Positions 12,071 to 24,284 of a stretch of DNA of 64,000 bases are shown piece by piece. A model generated the notes under the pieces. That model saw only the letters and a list, made by a program, of their open reading frames with translations, was not told the origin of the DNA and did no database searches. The number at the start of each line of letters is the position of its first letter. Positions within the stretch are counted from its first letter, which is position 1. The position numbers and the translations under genes are program-made. The stretch spans positions 9,486,001-9,550,000 of the forward strand of contig NC_086108.1 of the NCBI RefSeq assembly GCF_963921235.1. The letters are read 5' to 3'. The DNA comes from Mobula hypostoma. Lineage: Eukaryota.

Positions 12071-13057
12071 CTGGAACCAAACACACGGAGAGATGAGCCT
12101 TAGCTTGGGAAAGACAGCAGAGAAACCCAATACCTACATGATGTGCAAGGTGACATTTGAAACATCATAAACACAGATGCAACACCAGGAACCTTGCAGA
12201 AGTCAAGGTAGATCAGGTTCTGTGATGATTCATCCACTAATATTTGCTTTGCAGAGTGGGAAAATGGTGCAAATTTGAACCACAGTGATTTGCAGTACTG
12301 AACAGCTGAACACGCTAAGGAACATTTTATTCATTTCTTTAGTGATACAGTGTGGTAACAGGCTCTTCCGGTGCAACAAGCCGTGCTGCCCAATTACAAT
12401 CCATATGATCAATTTACCTACTGTACTAACCCGTACATCCCTGGAATGCTGGAGGAAACCCACAGGTCACAGTGAGAAGGTACAAAATCTTCACAACGAT
12501 GATAAATGAACTGGGTTGCTGGGGCTATGCACAAACTGTGCCACCCTTAATCTATCCTTTTCTAAAAGCTGGAACACAGCATACAATTAAAGGGATTGAC
12601 AAGAGTCATCCTTTGCAGTGCGGGTTGATGGCTCCTTGATTAGTAAAGGGATCAAGTGGGGAGATGGCAGGAGAACAGAGTTGAGAGGGAAAATAAAACA
12701 TCTATGATGGTATGGAGACCAGACTCAATGGGCCAAATAACCTACTTCTGCTCTTATGTTTTATGGTTTAAATTGTAGGGTTCTGAGCATCATAGGGGAA
12801 CTGACCAGAAGTAAAAGTACATATATGTCATTTTGAGATTCACTTTCTTGCAGGCATTTACAGGAAAATAAAATTCAATAGAATTTATGAAAAACTATAC
12901 ATAAACAAAGACTGACAAAAACAATTTGCAGAAGACAAATCATGCAAATAATAAAATAGATAAATAATACTGAGAACATGAGTTGTAGAGTCATTAAAAG
13001 TGAGTCTGCAGGTTGTGAATAATAAATATGTAAATAAATAATACAAAGAATGTGACT

Positions 13058-13615
13058 GAAGTTACCCACACTGGTTCAGGAGCCTGATGGTTGTGGGGTA
13101 ATAACTGTTCCTGAACCTGGTGGTGTGGGACCTGAGGCTGATTGTGGTGAGTGAAGTTATCCACACTGGTTTAGGAGCCTGATGGTTGTGGGGTAACAAC
13201 TGTTCCTGAACCTGGTGGTGTAGGACCTGAGGCTCATTGTGGTGAGTGAAGTTATCCACACTGGTTCAGGAGCCTGATGGTTGTGGGGTGATAACTGTTC
13301 CTGAACCTGGTGGTGTGGGACCTGAGGCTCTGTGTAGTGAGTGAAGTTATCCACACTGGTTCAGGAGCCTGATGGTTGTGGGGTAATAACTGTTCCTGAA
13401 CCTGGTGGTGTGGGACCTGAGGCTCATTGTGGTGAGTGAAGTTATCCACACTGGTTTAGGAGCCTGATGGTTGTGGGGTAACAACTGTTCCTGAACCTGG
13501 TGGTGTAGGACCTGAGGCTCATTGTGGTGAGTGAAGTTATCCACACTGGTTCAGGAGCCTGATGGTTGTGGGGTAATAACTATTCTTGAACCTGGTGGTG
13601 TAGGGCCCAAGGCTC
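13058..13615. repeat. Tandem array, 95-bp unit, ~5.9 copies, derived from a minus-strand Rex1-like 3' region
   Basis: Units start at 13058, 13153, 13248, 13343, 13438 and 13533; each encodes LRS(H/Y)TTRFRNSxYPTTIRLLN-like sequence on the minus strand. Confidence 0.95.
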
Positions 13616-14056
13616 CTGTACCTCCTATGCGATGGAGGGATGCAGGAGTAGTACGAGTAGATAGTTCGCTGAAAGCATTGTCACAAACTGTCAGGGTGAT
13701 GAAGGTGTTTGGCACACAGGCCTTCAGTCAAAGAATTGAGTACAGGAGTTTGAACCTTGTTGGCAAGGTCTGGAAGATTGTGTAGAGCTTCAGTCGCCCT
13801 GTTATGGACAGATGTCAATAAACTGGCAAGAGTCCAAAGAACAATGTCCTCAGAAAGTGAGGGTCTGAGTGATAGGAGAGGGTGCGCAGGCTAAGACTTT
13901 ATTCACAAACACAAGAGACTCTGCAGATGCTGGAAATCCAGAAATACACACACAAAATGCTGGAGGAACTCAGCAGGCCAGGCAGCATCTATGGAAAAGG
14001 AAAAAAAGTCGATATTTCAGCCTGAGATCCTTCATCTTTGACTGCTTACTCTTTTC

Positions 14057-14450
14057 CTTTTCTTTTTGGTGTGTGCCTGCGTACGTGCGAGTCTGTGCAT
14101 GTGCGTGCGTGTGTACGTGATGATGTCTTTTTCATGGCTTTTACAAGGGGGGGAGGGGGGAGAGGGGAGAGGGGAGAGAGCGAGAGCGAGATAGAGAGAG
14201 ACACACACAGACAGAGAGACAGAGACAGAGACAGACACACAGACAGAGACAGACTGACTGACCGGCACACCACTCCTCACACAGACATTTTCACAGTACT
14301 TTTACCTTTTATTTTAGGAGGTTGAGTTGCGATCTCGTCATTCAACCCAGCACGGATGGAAAGTGTACTCGGGAGTGGACCCGACTGGTTTCGAACCTGG
14401 GAACCTCCGCTCCCAGGTCTGGTGCCGATGTCATTACGCCACCAGCTGGC
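14057..14450 (-). mobile_element. tRNA-derived SINE with an internal GA/CA microsatellite
   Basis: Minus-strand head GCCAGCTGGTGGCGTAATGA (A box) ...GGTTCGAAACC (B box); A-rich tail; 15-bp TSD CTGCTTACTCTTTTC at 14042-14056 and 14451-14465. Confidence 0.85.
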
Positions 14451-14559
14451 CTGCTTACTCTTTTCTATAGATGCTGCCTGTCCTGCTGAGTACCTCAAGC
14501 CTTTTGTGTGTGTGTTGCCTAGGATTTTATTCCTTGGGATGAAGACTGAGGGGTGAGCT

Positions 14560-14928
14560 ATCATCAGCATTATGTGCTGTGTCATATGACATAGGCAATT
14601 ATGGTCAATGACCAAGATTGTTTTTGGCAAACGTTTCTACAGAAGTGATTTACCACTGCCTTCTTCTAGGCAGTGTCTATACAAGACAGGTGACTCCAGC
14701 CATTAACAATACTCTTCAGAGATTGTCTACCTGGTGTCAGTGGTCGCATAACCAGGACTTGTGATATGTACCAGCTGCTCATGCGACCATCTACCACCTG
14801 CTCCCATGGCTTCACGTGACCCTGATTTTGAGGAGCAGGGGGTAAACAAGTGCTACACTTCGCCAAAGGGTGACCCTGCAGCAAGCAGAGGGAAGAAGCA
14901 CCTTACGCCTCCTTTGGCAGAGGTGTAG
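14560..14928 (-). mobile_element. RTE-type non-autonomous SINE-like element (other copies at ~26612-26987 - and ~23964-24180 +)
   Basis: Three similar copies; GGCAAACCACTTCTGTAGAA-like RTE 3' motif and (ATG)n tail. Confidence 0.6.
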
Positions 14929-16348
14929 GCTCAGGACAGACTTTGACTTTTTGGCAGAGGTTATACAGTTTTGAAGAACATTGGTAAGTGTATACAGTCT
15001 TTATTGAAGGGAAAGGGACCCAAAAACTAGAGAGCACAGGTTTAAGGTTTAAGTGAGGGTGGTGGGGGGGGGGGGGCAACTTCTTTGTTCGGAGGATAGT
15101 GTCTATATGGAATGAGTTACAAGAGAATGATCAAAATTTAAAAAGGCATGATGATGAATACATCTAGAGGAAAGGTTTAGAGGAAGAGTTCTCAACTTTA
15201 ATGACATTAGTCAAAGACAGAGTATGAAGGGCATATTTTCTCCATACCTTGGCCAACATCTCTGTCCCTCAAGTGTGGACTATCTGGCAACTTTAAGCTA
15301 TCCAAACTGGCTTGCATATTTGTCAACAAAGCAAGCACCTTGACTACACTTCAAAAGGTGGTTCATTGACTGCAATCTTTTTATGAAGTACAGGAAGATA
15401 CAATATAGTAAACTTTAAACGCGAGAGATTCTGCAGATGCTGGAAATCCAGAGCAAGACACACACAAAGTGCTGCAGTCACTCAGCAAGTCAGACAGCAT
15501 CTATGCAGGGGAAGAAATAATCGATGTTTCAAGAGGAGACCCTTCATCGGGACTCAGAAAATAGTAAAATTTCTACCTCCTCTCCTTTTCATCAATTGCT
15601 AGGGCTGGAAAAAGGTATTTAGAAACAGGATCAATGCCCGTTTCATTTCGGTTTCAGAAGAAACATTACATCAGATGGAACAGAAGAATGTTTCCCAGTG
15701 GCCACCCATTTCTATTCTGACATGTCAGTCCACGGCCTCTTCTACAGCCATGATGAGGCCCGCACTCAGGTTGGAGGAGCAACATGTTATATTCTGTCAG
15801 GGTAGCCTCCAACATGATGGGATGAACATTCATTTCTCGAACTTTTGGTAGTTGCCCTCCTCTCCTTCACTATTCCCCATTCCTGTTTCTCTTTCACACC
15901 TTCTCTTCTTACCTGCCCATCACCTCCTTCTGGTGCACCTCCTCCTTCCTTTTCTTCCATGGTCTTCTGTCCTCTCCTATCAAATTCCCCCTCCTCCAGT
16001 CCTTTCTCTCTTTCACTAATCAACTTCCCAGCTCCTCACCTCACCCCCTCCTCTGGTTTCACCTATCACCTGCCACCTCGTACGTTTTCCTCCCCTCCAC
16101 CCACCTTCTTGGTCTGACTTTTCCCCATCCTTTTCAGTCCTGTATTTCACAATTTTCTTTTTTTCTCTGTTACTATGTATTACATTGAACTGCTGCTGCA
16201 AAGTCAACAAATTTCACAACATATGCCGGTGATATTATACCTGATTTTGATTTTGTGTGTGCTGCAGGAGAATGAATAGCATTAGAATGCACAGCAGAAG
16301 AACGTACACGTCAGCCAACAGTGATTGTCGTAACCTGCAGATACCCAC

Positions 16349-16434
16349 CTCATGTGCCAAGCACTTCTCAAGGAGCTGCAAGTAAGAGCTTATGTTTTCT
16401 TCATCTGGTCTGGACACTAGCAGCTGAGTGCACA
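16349..16434 (-). CDS. SAMD4B: SAMD4B-like coding exon (86 bp)
   Basis: cctcaag|TG...GAG|gtggg; [29 protein letters not shown]; phase 1/0. Confidence 0.94.
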
Positions 16435-17452
16435 CTTGAGGAAAAGAGAGAGATTACAGTGTTAGAATCTCTGCTCCCTTCAACCAAATTTTATCAACAC
16501 AGAAAACATACCCATTTCTCTCCTCTGCATTTTTTAAAGCACAGAGTATACTTTATTTCTGCATCCTACTCTGACCTCTGCCTCCCACACTATTCCAAAG
16601 AAGCTTAGCACAAGTTCAAGAGAACCACACCCAATCTTCTGACTAAGCACATTTCAGTGCTGAAGACAACATTTTTAGATAAGCAGACATTCTCGTTTTC
16701 GAATGTACATTCGCAACATTGCGTCCTTTCATCTGAGAGGGGGTACTACCCCTTCCCCCACCCCCCCGACACAACCGATGTTATTCACAAAACCTTGCAA
16801 CCCTCTTTCAGCCACACTTCTACCACCAGCACTTGAGAATTACTCTAAACTTATCACTAATCATTTACTTTCCCTCCACCCACCCCGCTGCCTGTTGCTG
16901 CAACTTAACCCTCGTAGTATCTTACTTTTTTGCCCCGATAAAGTCTGAAACATTAACTCTCTCCTTAGATAATGGCTGATCTATTCTGCAATTTTAGTGT
17001 GACACTATTACAGTTCGGGGCATCGGAGTTCAATTCCAATGCCCTCTGTACTGTGGAATGCATGGATTTCCTCCCACAGTCCAAAGGCATATTATTTTGG
17101 TTAAATGGTCATTGTAAACTGTCCGGAGATTAGGTTAAGAGTTAAATTGGAGTTGTTAGGGGTCGTGGATGGCGTGGCTCGAAGGACCTATTCTGCACTG
17201 TATCTCTAAATAAATAAACTGCCTTTGACCTATACTTGACCTAGGCAAAGGAATTTAAGAAACAAGGAAGGCTACATCCATCGTTAAGGATCCCCATCAT
17301 CCAGGACGTGCCCTCTTCTCATTGTTTCCAACAGGGGAGATGGTACAGGAATCTGAAGGTACACACTCAACGATTCAGGAACAGCTTCTTCCCCTCCATT
17401 ATTAGATTTCTGAATAGACAAGAAACCCATGAACACTACTTCATTTTTTTAA

Positions 17453-18807
17453 TAGTGAAACCCTGCTATAACACGATTGTTTGGGTCCATAGAATGTCAT
17501 CGCGAAAAAATCAGGGTTGTTGTTACTGTAGAGATGATCCTCTGATCTAAGGGCTGGACTTTGGATGTAGTGTTCTTGGGGAGATAAGAAACTCGGATCT
17601 TTCTGTCACGGCTTACTAGGTTGGCAGCTGGCAGATGCACGGAACAGTTGTCAAACGAAAGGAGAGCTTTGGGTTCTAGCTTTTGCTTAGCAAATCAGCG
17701 CAGATGGCAGGGGCAAAAGTTTTGTGAAACCAATCCTCAAAAGATGACACTTGTCATCCAAGCATTGCTGCTGTGCGTGTACTCAAACAGTAACTTCATG
17801 TTGACATGGTGGAAACAGCGGGGCGAGCGAGATTTGCCAATCATGAGCAGTTTTAACTTGTGTTCCAATCTTGCTTGCACAAAACAACAACATCATGCGA
17901 CCTTTGTGTTGTTTGAACCCCTCACGTCGGTGGGCGTCATCTTTGCTAGCCAGTGTACGGTCTGGGATCATCTTGTAGCAGAGGCCTGTTTTGTCACAGT
18001 TGTACACTTGTTCTTCCACGTAGCCACCTTCTTCTAAGCAAGTTTTTAGTTCAGCCGGGTATTCGCTTGCGGCGGCACTGTCGGCTGAGCAAATTTCTCC
18101 TGACACTAACACTTGAGAAATCCCGTGACGGCGTTTAAACCGGTCTAGCCATCCATTGCTAGCTTTGAACTGTGAGGGTTCTCTGCTGATCTGCTTGTCA
18201 AACTTCTTGGCTTGAGCTTTGAGAATAGGACCGGAAATTGGAAGGCCTTCTGAGCGAGCTTGAACAAACCACTCGTACAGGGAGTCATCGAGGCTGACAT
18301 CTTTTGCTGCCTTCAGGCGGTTAGCTTTTAGTCCTGCTTCTTCTTCAACTTTGCAACGCGACGCACATAACTGTTCTTCGTGAGATTTCCAGCCATGAAG
18401 TGTTGATTCTGGTATCCCCAGGTTTCGTGCAACTTGAGTTTGACTTTTAGTCTTGATCGCGTCAAGTGCGTGAAGCTTATCTTTCACAGAAAAAGATTTT
18501 CTTTTTCTAGCAGTTTGTTCCATTTTGACCAAAAAAAACGTCCAATGACTCACACCAAAATGCTGGTGGAACGCAGCAGGCCAGGCAGCATCTGGTCGAG
18601 ACCCTTCATCAGGACTAACGGAAAAAAGAGACAGTGAGAGATTTGAAAGTGGGAGGGAGAGGGAGGGACCCAAAATGATAGAAGACGACAAGAGGGGAAG
18701 GGATGAAGCCAAGAGCTGGGAAGTTGATTGGCAAAAGCGATACAAGGCTGGGGAAGGGGGAGTATGGACTGACATGGACATGGAGTCCAATGACTCATCG
18801 TGTTATA
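17453..18807 (-). mobile_element. Tigger/pogo-family DNA transposon, decayed and interrupted by a PLE fragment
   Basis: Transposase from ATG 18523: CENP-B-type HTH (MEQTARKRKSFSVKDK...FKASNGWLDRFKRRHGI) and NCDKTG, then frameshifted NAWMT, FDN and QPLDQ down to ~17525. TIR-like TAGTGAAACCCTGCTATAACACGA at 17453; partial inverted match at 18798-18807. Confidence 0.88.
18553..18784 (-). mobile_element. Penelope-like pLTR fragment inserted upstream of the Tigger ORF
   Basis: TSD GTCCAATGACTCA at 18540-18552 and 18785-18797; the GAAAC-GTC half of the hammerhead is deleted. Confidence 0.8.
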
Positions 18808-20058
18808 TTCACATTCAAAATCTGAGAGTCATCGAAAAGTACTGCACAGAATTAGGCCCATTTGGTCTGTGCCAAATCGTTCAATCTGCCTACTTCCCCT
18901 GGACCTGCACTGGGCTCATCACCCTCCATACCCTTAACATCTACGTACCTATCCAAACTTCTCTTAAACGTTGAAATCGGGATAACATTCACCACTTGTG
19001 CTGGCAACTTGTTCTACCCTCTCATGACCCTCCAAATGAAGTTTCCTCTCATACTTCCCTTAAACTTTTAACCTTTCACCCTTAATTAATGAACTCTGGT
19101 TGAAGTTCCACCCAACCTCAGTGCAAAAAGCCTGCTTGGCATTACCCTATCTATACCCCTCATAATTTTGTATACCTCCATCAAATCTCCTATCTTCTAC
19201 ATTCCAAGGAATAAAGTCCTAACCTTTTGAGGGCCAATGGGTTAAATAGCCCAAGTGCAAGCTTTAATTGTAAATGGAAATATTAATTGATCTGTGAACC
19301 TCATAGCAAATTGCAAAAACTATTGGTTTCTCAGCACCAATACGGGAGAAAGGCTCCTTTTATTCCCCCTCTTTGCCTCCTACCAATCACCCAATGCTCT
19401 ATCCATCTTACTATCTCTCCTGTAATACCATGGGCTCTTGGTAAGCAGCCTCCTGTGTGGTACCTTCTCAAAGGCCTCTGAAAATTCATGTGTTTCCAAG
19501 TGCCCAAAACCACGTCCTTAACAATTGACTCTAACATCCTCCCAACCACTGAGATTGGGCTAACTGCTCTATGATTTTATTTCTTCTGCCTCTCTCCCTT
19601 CTTGAAGAGTGGAGTGTCATTTGCAATTTTGCAAGTCCTCTGAAAGCATGCCAGAATCCACTGATCCCTAGTTTGACTATGAGATGACCATGACTGTTTC
19701 TCTCCTCCCTTCTCTTGACTCCTCTTTGATTGTTTTCCACTCTTAACACTTAGGTTCACACTTCACTCTTGACTTCTGAAGAACCTATAGATCACAAAAG
19801 CAACAGGATTCAATGGTACCAAGGAGCAAGGGAGGGACCAAATAAGTTTAGTGCCTCATTCTTAACTTCCAAAGATCACAAAAGCATCAGGATCCAACAG
19901 CACCAAGATACGAGGAACCAAAGTACCAATGCCAAGAAACAGCCTCAAAACTCTCAATTGCTACATTTATATTTGTGTTCCCTGATGCTTTTGGAAACTC
20001 AGGATCAATAGTAATCATACCTAACTTTCCTCACTCTAAAGGAAAGTTAGGAACTAAC

Positions 20059-20368
20059 CTTTCCCCATGACTCTGGTGAATTGTCCAGGAATGTCACCTT
20101 CTGATATGGGGGCTGTGGCGGACTCTCCGTCACATGTTGAGACGCTCTGGGATTGAAAGCTGACAGATGTCGACTCCTTCTCGGCAGCTGCCTTCGTTGC
20201 CCGGCTGTCCGTTCCCAGACCAGCCGCGCTGTTGGAAGAGTTGCTGGAATCTGTGTCATGCCCCTCTTTGAGGGTCATTTGAGGTGGGGTGTAGGCTTTG
20301 ATAGGAGTTATAATTATTTGTTGTAGCTCCTGAAGGGCATTTCGCAGGTTTCCTCCTTCGAGAATATC
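20059..20368 (-). CDS. SAMD4B: SAMD4B-like coding exon (310 bp)
   Basis: aacag|GAT...AAAG|gttag; DILEGGNLRNALQELQQIIITPIKAY...CDGESATAPISEGDIPGQFTRVMGK; phase 0/1. Confidence 0.93.
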
Positions 20369-20699
20369 CTGTTAAGAATTAACAATACAACCAATTGTCC
20401 ATTAATTTCCATACACGATGCACTGTATTTATTTTCTGTTTTATAACATGTAGGATGGTAGAAGGTTATTTTTGTAATTGGAAAACTGTGACAAGTGATG
20501 CACTATAGGGATCAGTGCCATGACTCTGTTATAGAACATGGAACAGTACAGGGGAGGAACAGGTCCTTCGGCCAACAACGTTGTGCCGAACTAGTTAAAA
20601 AGCAAATCAAACACTAATCCCTCCTACCACACCAATGTCTCTTAAAAGCCTCTAATGTATTTGCCTCTACCATCATATCAGGCATCCACCAGTCTGAGT

Positions 20700-21022
20700 A
20701 ATAAAAGAGGATGCTGTCCAAGTTGCATGCCATCTTGGACAATGTCTCCCATCCACTACATAATGTACTGGTTGGGCACAGGAGTACATTCAGCCAGAGA
20801 CTCATTCCACCGAGATGCAACACTGAGCGTCATAGGAAGTCATTCCTGCCTGTGGCCATCAAACTTTACATCTTCTCCCTTGGAGGATCAGACACCCTGA
20901 GCCAAAAGGCTGGTCCTGGACTTATCTCCTGGCATAATTTACATATTACTATTTAATTATTTATGGTGCAAATGTAACGAAAACCAATTTCCCCCGGGAT
21001 CAATAAAGTAAGACTATGACTA
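20700..21022 (+). mobile_element. Rex1-like LINE extreme 3' end (different subfamily) inserted in a CR1
   Basis: LHAILDNVSHPLH...RCNTERHRKSFLPVAIKLY; tail CCCCGGGATCAATAAAGTA(AGACTATGACTA). Confidence 0.7.
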
Positions 21023-22146
21023 AATCTTACCCCTCACATCCCCTTTGAATCTACCCCCTCTCACCTTCAATGCATGCCCTCTGGTATTAGACATTTCAAC
21101 CCTGGGAAACAGATACTCTCTGTTCTCTATCTATGCCTCTCATAATCTCACAAACCTTTATCAGACCTCCCCTCAGCCTCTGCCACTCCAATGAAAACAA
21201 TTTAAGTTTGTCTGACTTCTCATGATAGCACACGTCCTCTAAACCAGGCAGCAACCTGATAAACCTCTTTCGCATCTTCTCCAAAGCCTCAACATCCTTC
21301 CTACAGTGGGGCAACCAGACCTGTATGCAATACTCCAGATGTGGCCTAACCAGAATTCTTGCAAGTTGCAACATAACCTCTTGAGTTTTAAACTCAATAC
21401 CTTGTATATAAAAGCAAGCATTTCATAACAACACACACAAAAATGCTGGAGGAACTCAGCAGGCCAGGCAGCACCTATGGAAAAGAGTACAGTGAATGTT
21501 TCAGGCTGAGACCCTTCCTCACAACTGGAGAACAAAAAGGGTGAGGAATCAGAGTTAGAAGGTGGGAGGGACAGAGGAAGAAACACAAGGTGATAGGTGA
21601 AACAGAGAAGGGGGTGAAGTAAAGAGCTGGGAAATTGATTGGTGAAAGAGATAAAGGGCTGTAGAAGAGGGAAATATAATAGGGGAGGCATACAACAGCA
21701 GAGTGGATCAGTCATTGCTTCACAGTGTCAGAGACTCAGATTTGCCTGCCACGAATTCAGGCAATTACCGTCAGTGTATGGATTTTGTCCCACATTCCAA
21801 AGATGAACAGATTGGTAAGTTGATTGACCACTTGAATTGCCCCTGGTGTGTAGGTGGCAGAATCTGAGGATGAGGATAGGATGAGTGAGCTAGGGCTTTT
21901 CTCGTTGGAGTGAAGGAGAATGAGAAATGACTTGATACAAGATAAGAGGCAGAGACTGAGTTGACAGCCAGTGACTTTTTCCCCAGGGAAGAAATGGCTA
22001 ATACAAGGGGGCAAAACTTTAAGGTGATTAAATGAAAGTATGAGGAGGATCTTGTAAGTTTTTTTTTTCATTTTTACTCAGAATGGTAGGTGCATGAAAC
22101 ACCCTGCCAGGGGTGGTGGTAGAGGCAGATATATTATGGGCATTTA

Positions 22147-23133
22147 ATGCAGACAAGCAGGATAGACAAAGGAGTATCCATTGATGTTGAGTACTTGGAC
22201 TTTCAGAAGTCCTTTGACAAGGTGCCACACGAGGCTGCTTAACAAGCTACCAGCCCATGGTATTACAGGGAAGATTCTAGCATGGATAAAGCAGTGGCTG
22301 ATTGGCAGGAGGAAAAGTGTGGGAATAAAGGGAGCCTTTTCTGGTTGGCTGCTGGCGACTTGTGTTGTTCCACAGGGGTCTGTGTTGGGACCGATTCTTT
22401 TAATGTTGTACGTCAGTGATTTGGGTGATGGAATTGATAGCATCGTTGGAAAGTTTGCAGACGATATGAAGATAGAAGGAGGGACAGGAAGTTGAGGAAG
22501 TACAGAGGCTACAGAAGAACTTGGACAGATTAGGAGAATGGGCAAAGAAATGGCAGATAGATTACGGTGTTAAGAAGTGTACAGTCATGCACTTTGGCAG
22601 AAGAAATGAAAGGATTGACTATTTTCTAAGTGGAGAGAAAATACAAAAAACTCAGGTGCAAAGGGATTTGAGTCCTTGGGCAGGATTCCCTAAAGGTTAA
22701 TTTGCAGGTTGAATCTGTGGTGAGGAAGGCAAAGTGCATTCATTTTAAGAGGACAAGAATATAAAAGGAAGGATATAATGTTGAGGCTTTATAAAGCCCC
22801 AGTGAGGCCTCACTTGGAGTATTAGAAGCAGTTTTGAAACCCTCATCTTAGAAACGATGTGCTGAAACTGGACAGGGATCAAAGGAGGTTCACAAAAATG
22901 ATTCCAGGGTTGAATGCCTTGTCATATGAAGAGTGTTTGATGATTCTGGGCTTCTACTCACTAGAATTCACAGGAATATGTGGTGACCTTACTGAAATCT
23001 ATCAAGTGGTGAAAGGCCTTGATGTGGAGAGGATGTTGGGAATCCTATAGTGGGAATGTCTATGACCAGAGGACACAACCTCAGAACAGAGGGGTGTCCT
23101 TTTAGAATGGAGATAAAGAGGAATTTCTTTAGC

Positions 23134-23178
<45 letters not shown>

Positions 23179-23350
23179 CGTGCGTGTATAGCAGAGGTTG
23201 ACAGATTCTTGATTGGTCAGGGCATAAAGAGATACAGGGAGAAGACAGGAGATTGGGGCTGAGAGGAAAATTGGATCAGCAATGATGAAATAGCAGAGCG
23301 GACTTGATGGGCTAAATGGTCTAATTCTACTCCTATATCTTATGGTCTTA
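22147..23350 (+). mobile_element. CR1-clade LINE 3' half, decayed
   Basis: LDFQKSFDKVPH, VPQGSVLGPIL, KFADDMK RT motifs; RPHLEY and QRRFTKMIPG; CR1 tail CTCCTATATCTTATGGTCTTA. Confidence 0.88.
23138..23187. repeat. (GT)n microsatellite (a (CA)n is at ~9779-9804)
   Basis: Directly visible. Confidence 0.95.
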
Positions 23351-24284
23351 TTTAAGATAGAAAAATATGGTTGTGTAAGATGGAAGGGTTAGATTGATCT
23401 TAGAGTAGGTTAAAAGGTCAACACAACATTGTGAGCCAAAGCGCTTGTTCTGTGCTGTAGTGTTCTATGCGTGGGGAAGTGCTGAGGTAGGAGTTCCCAA
23501 CTTGGGGTCCACAGACCCCTTCCTTAATTGTGTTGGACCATGGCATAAAAAAGGTTAGGAACCCGTGATATTAGTGCAGATTCGTGGATCGAAGGACCTA
23601 TTTATTTTTACGAGGTGATTAGGCTCTGGAACTCATCACCTAAAGATACGAATTCCATTTACTGTGGGGAGGTCAAATTCTCGGATTTTAAAAAAATTGT
23701 AAAGAGTCTCTCATATCTCTGAGAACTTGAATCACCAAGATGATGAAGGCTGCAAACCAACTGCTAGTAAATACAATTAGTATCAATGGTTACTTGGTCA
23801 ATGTGGACATGATTGGCCAAGTTAATGGTTGGTTAGTGGATCATATCGTGAGACTATAACAGGTGGTATCTAGAAATGAGGGGATGGTCATTTTATTGAG
23901 GTTGTCCCCTCAGCAGGAATTAAGAGTAGCAAATCACAAATAGCTGTAAGATAATAAGGACTAGAGAGGTGGAGATACAGTACATCTTTACTAAAGGAGG
24001 TGCAAGGCAGACAATCTCTGAAGAGTATTTATAATGGCTGGGTCACCCGTCCTGTAAAGATACTGCCCAGAAGGCGGCAATGGCAAATCACCTCTGCAGA
24101 AAAATTTGCCAAAAACTATTAGTGTCAATGGAAAGACCACAATCATTTACGTCACATGACACAGTACATAATGATGATGAATAGTGGGAAATATTGACTG
24201 GGACTACCATAGGGCTAAGGGCTTGGCGGGGGTGTTAAAGCCATCCAGAAGGTGTTCCAATAGCACCAATGACCTTTTGCACAA

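Noticed and set aside
13058..13615. CRISPR-like array or repeated 65-aa genes
   Set aside because: No unique spacers; a head-to-tail tandem repeat of LINE sequence in a vertebrate intron
14032..14325. RD- or SV-repeat ORFs
   Set aside because: Translation of GA/CA microsatellites inside a SINE
14375..14450. tRNA gene
   Set aside because: A and B boxes are present, but it is the head of a TSD-flanked SINE and I could not form a convincing cloverleaf
17783..18790. 335-aa ORF as a novel fusion or domesticated gene
   Set aside because: Most of the first 89 codons come from a TSD-flanked PLE fragment that happens to be in frame; the transposase is frameshifted downstream
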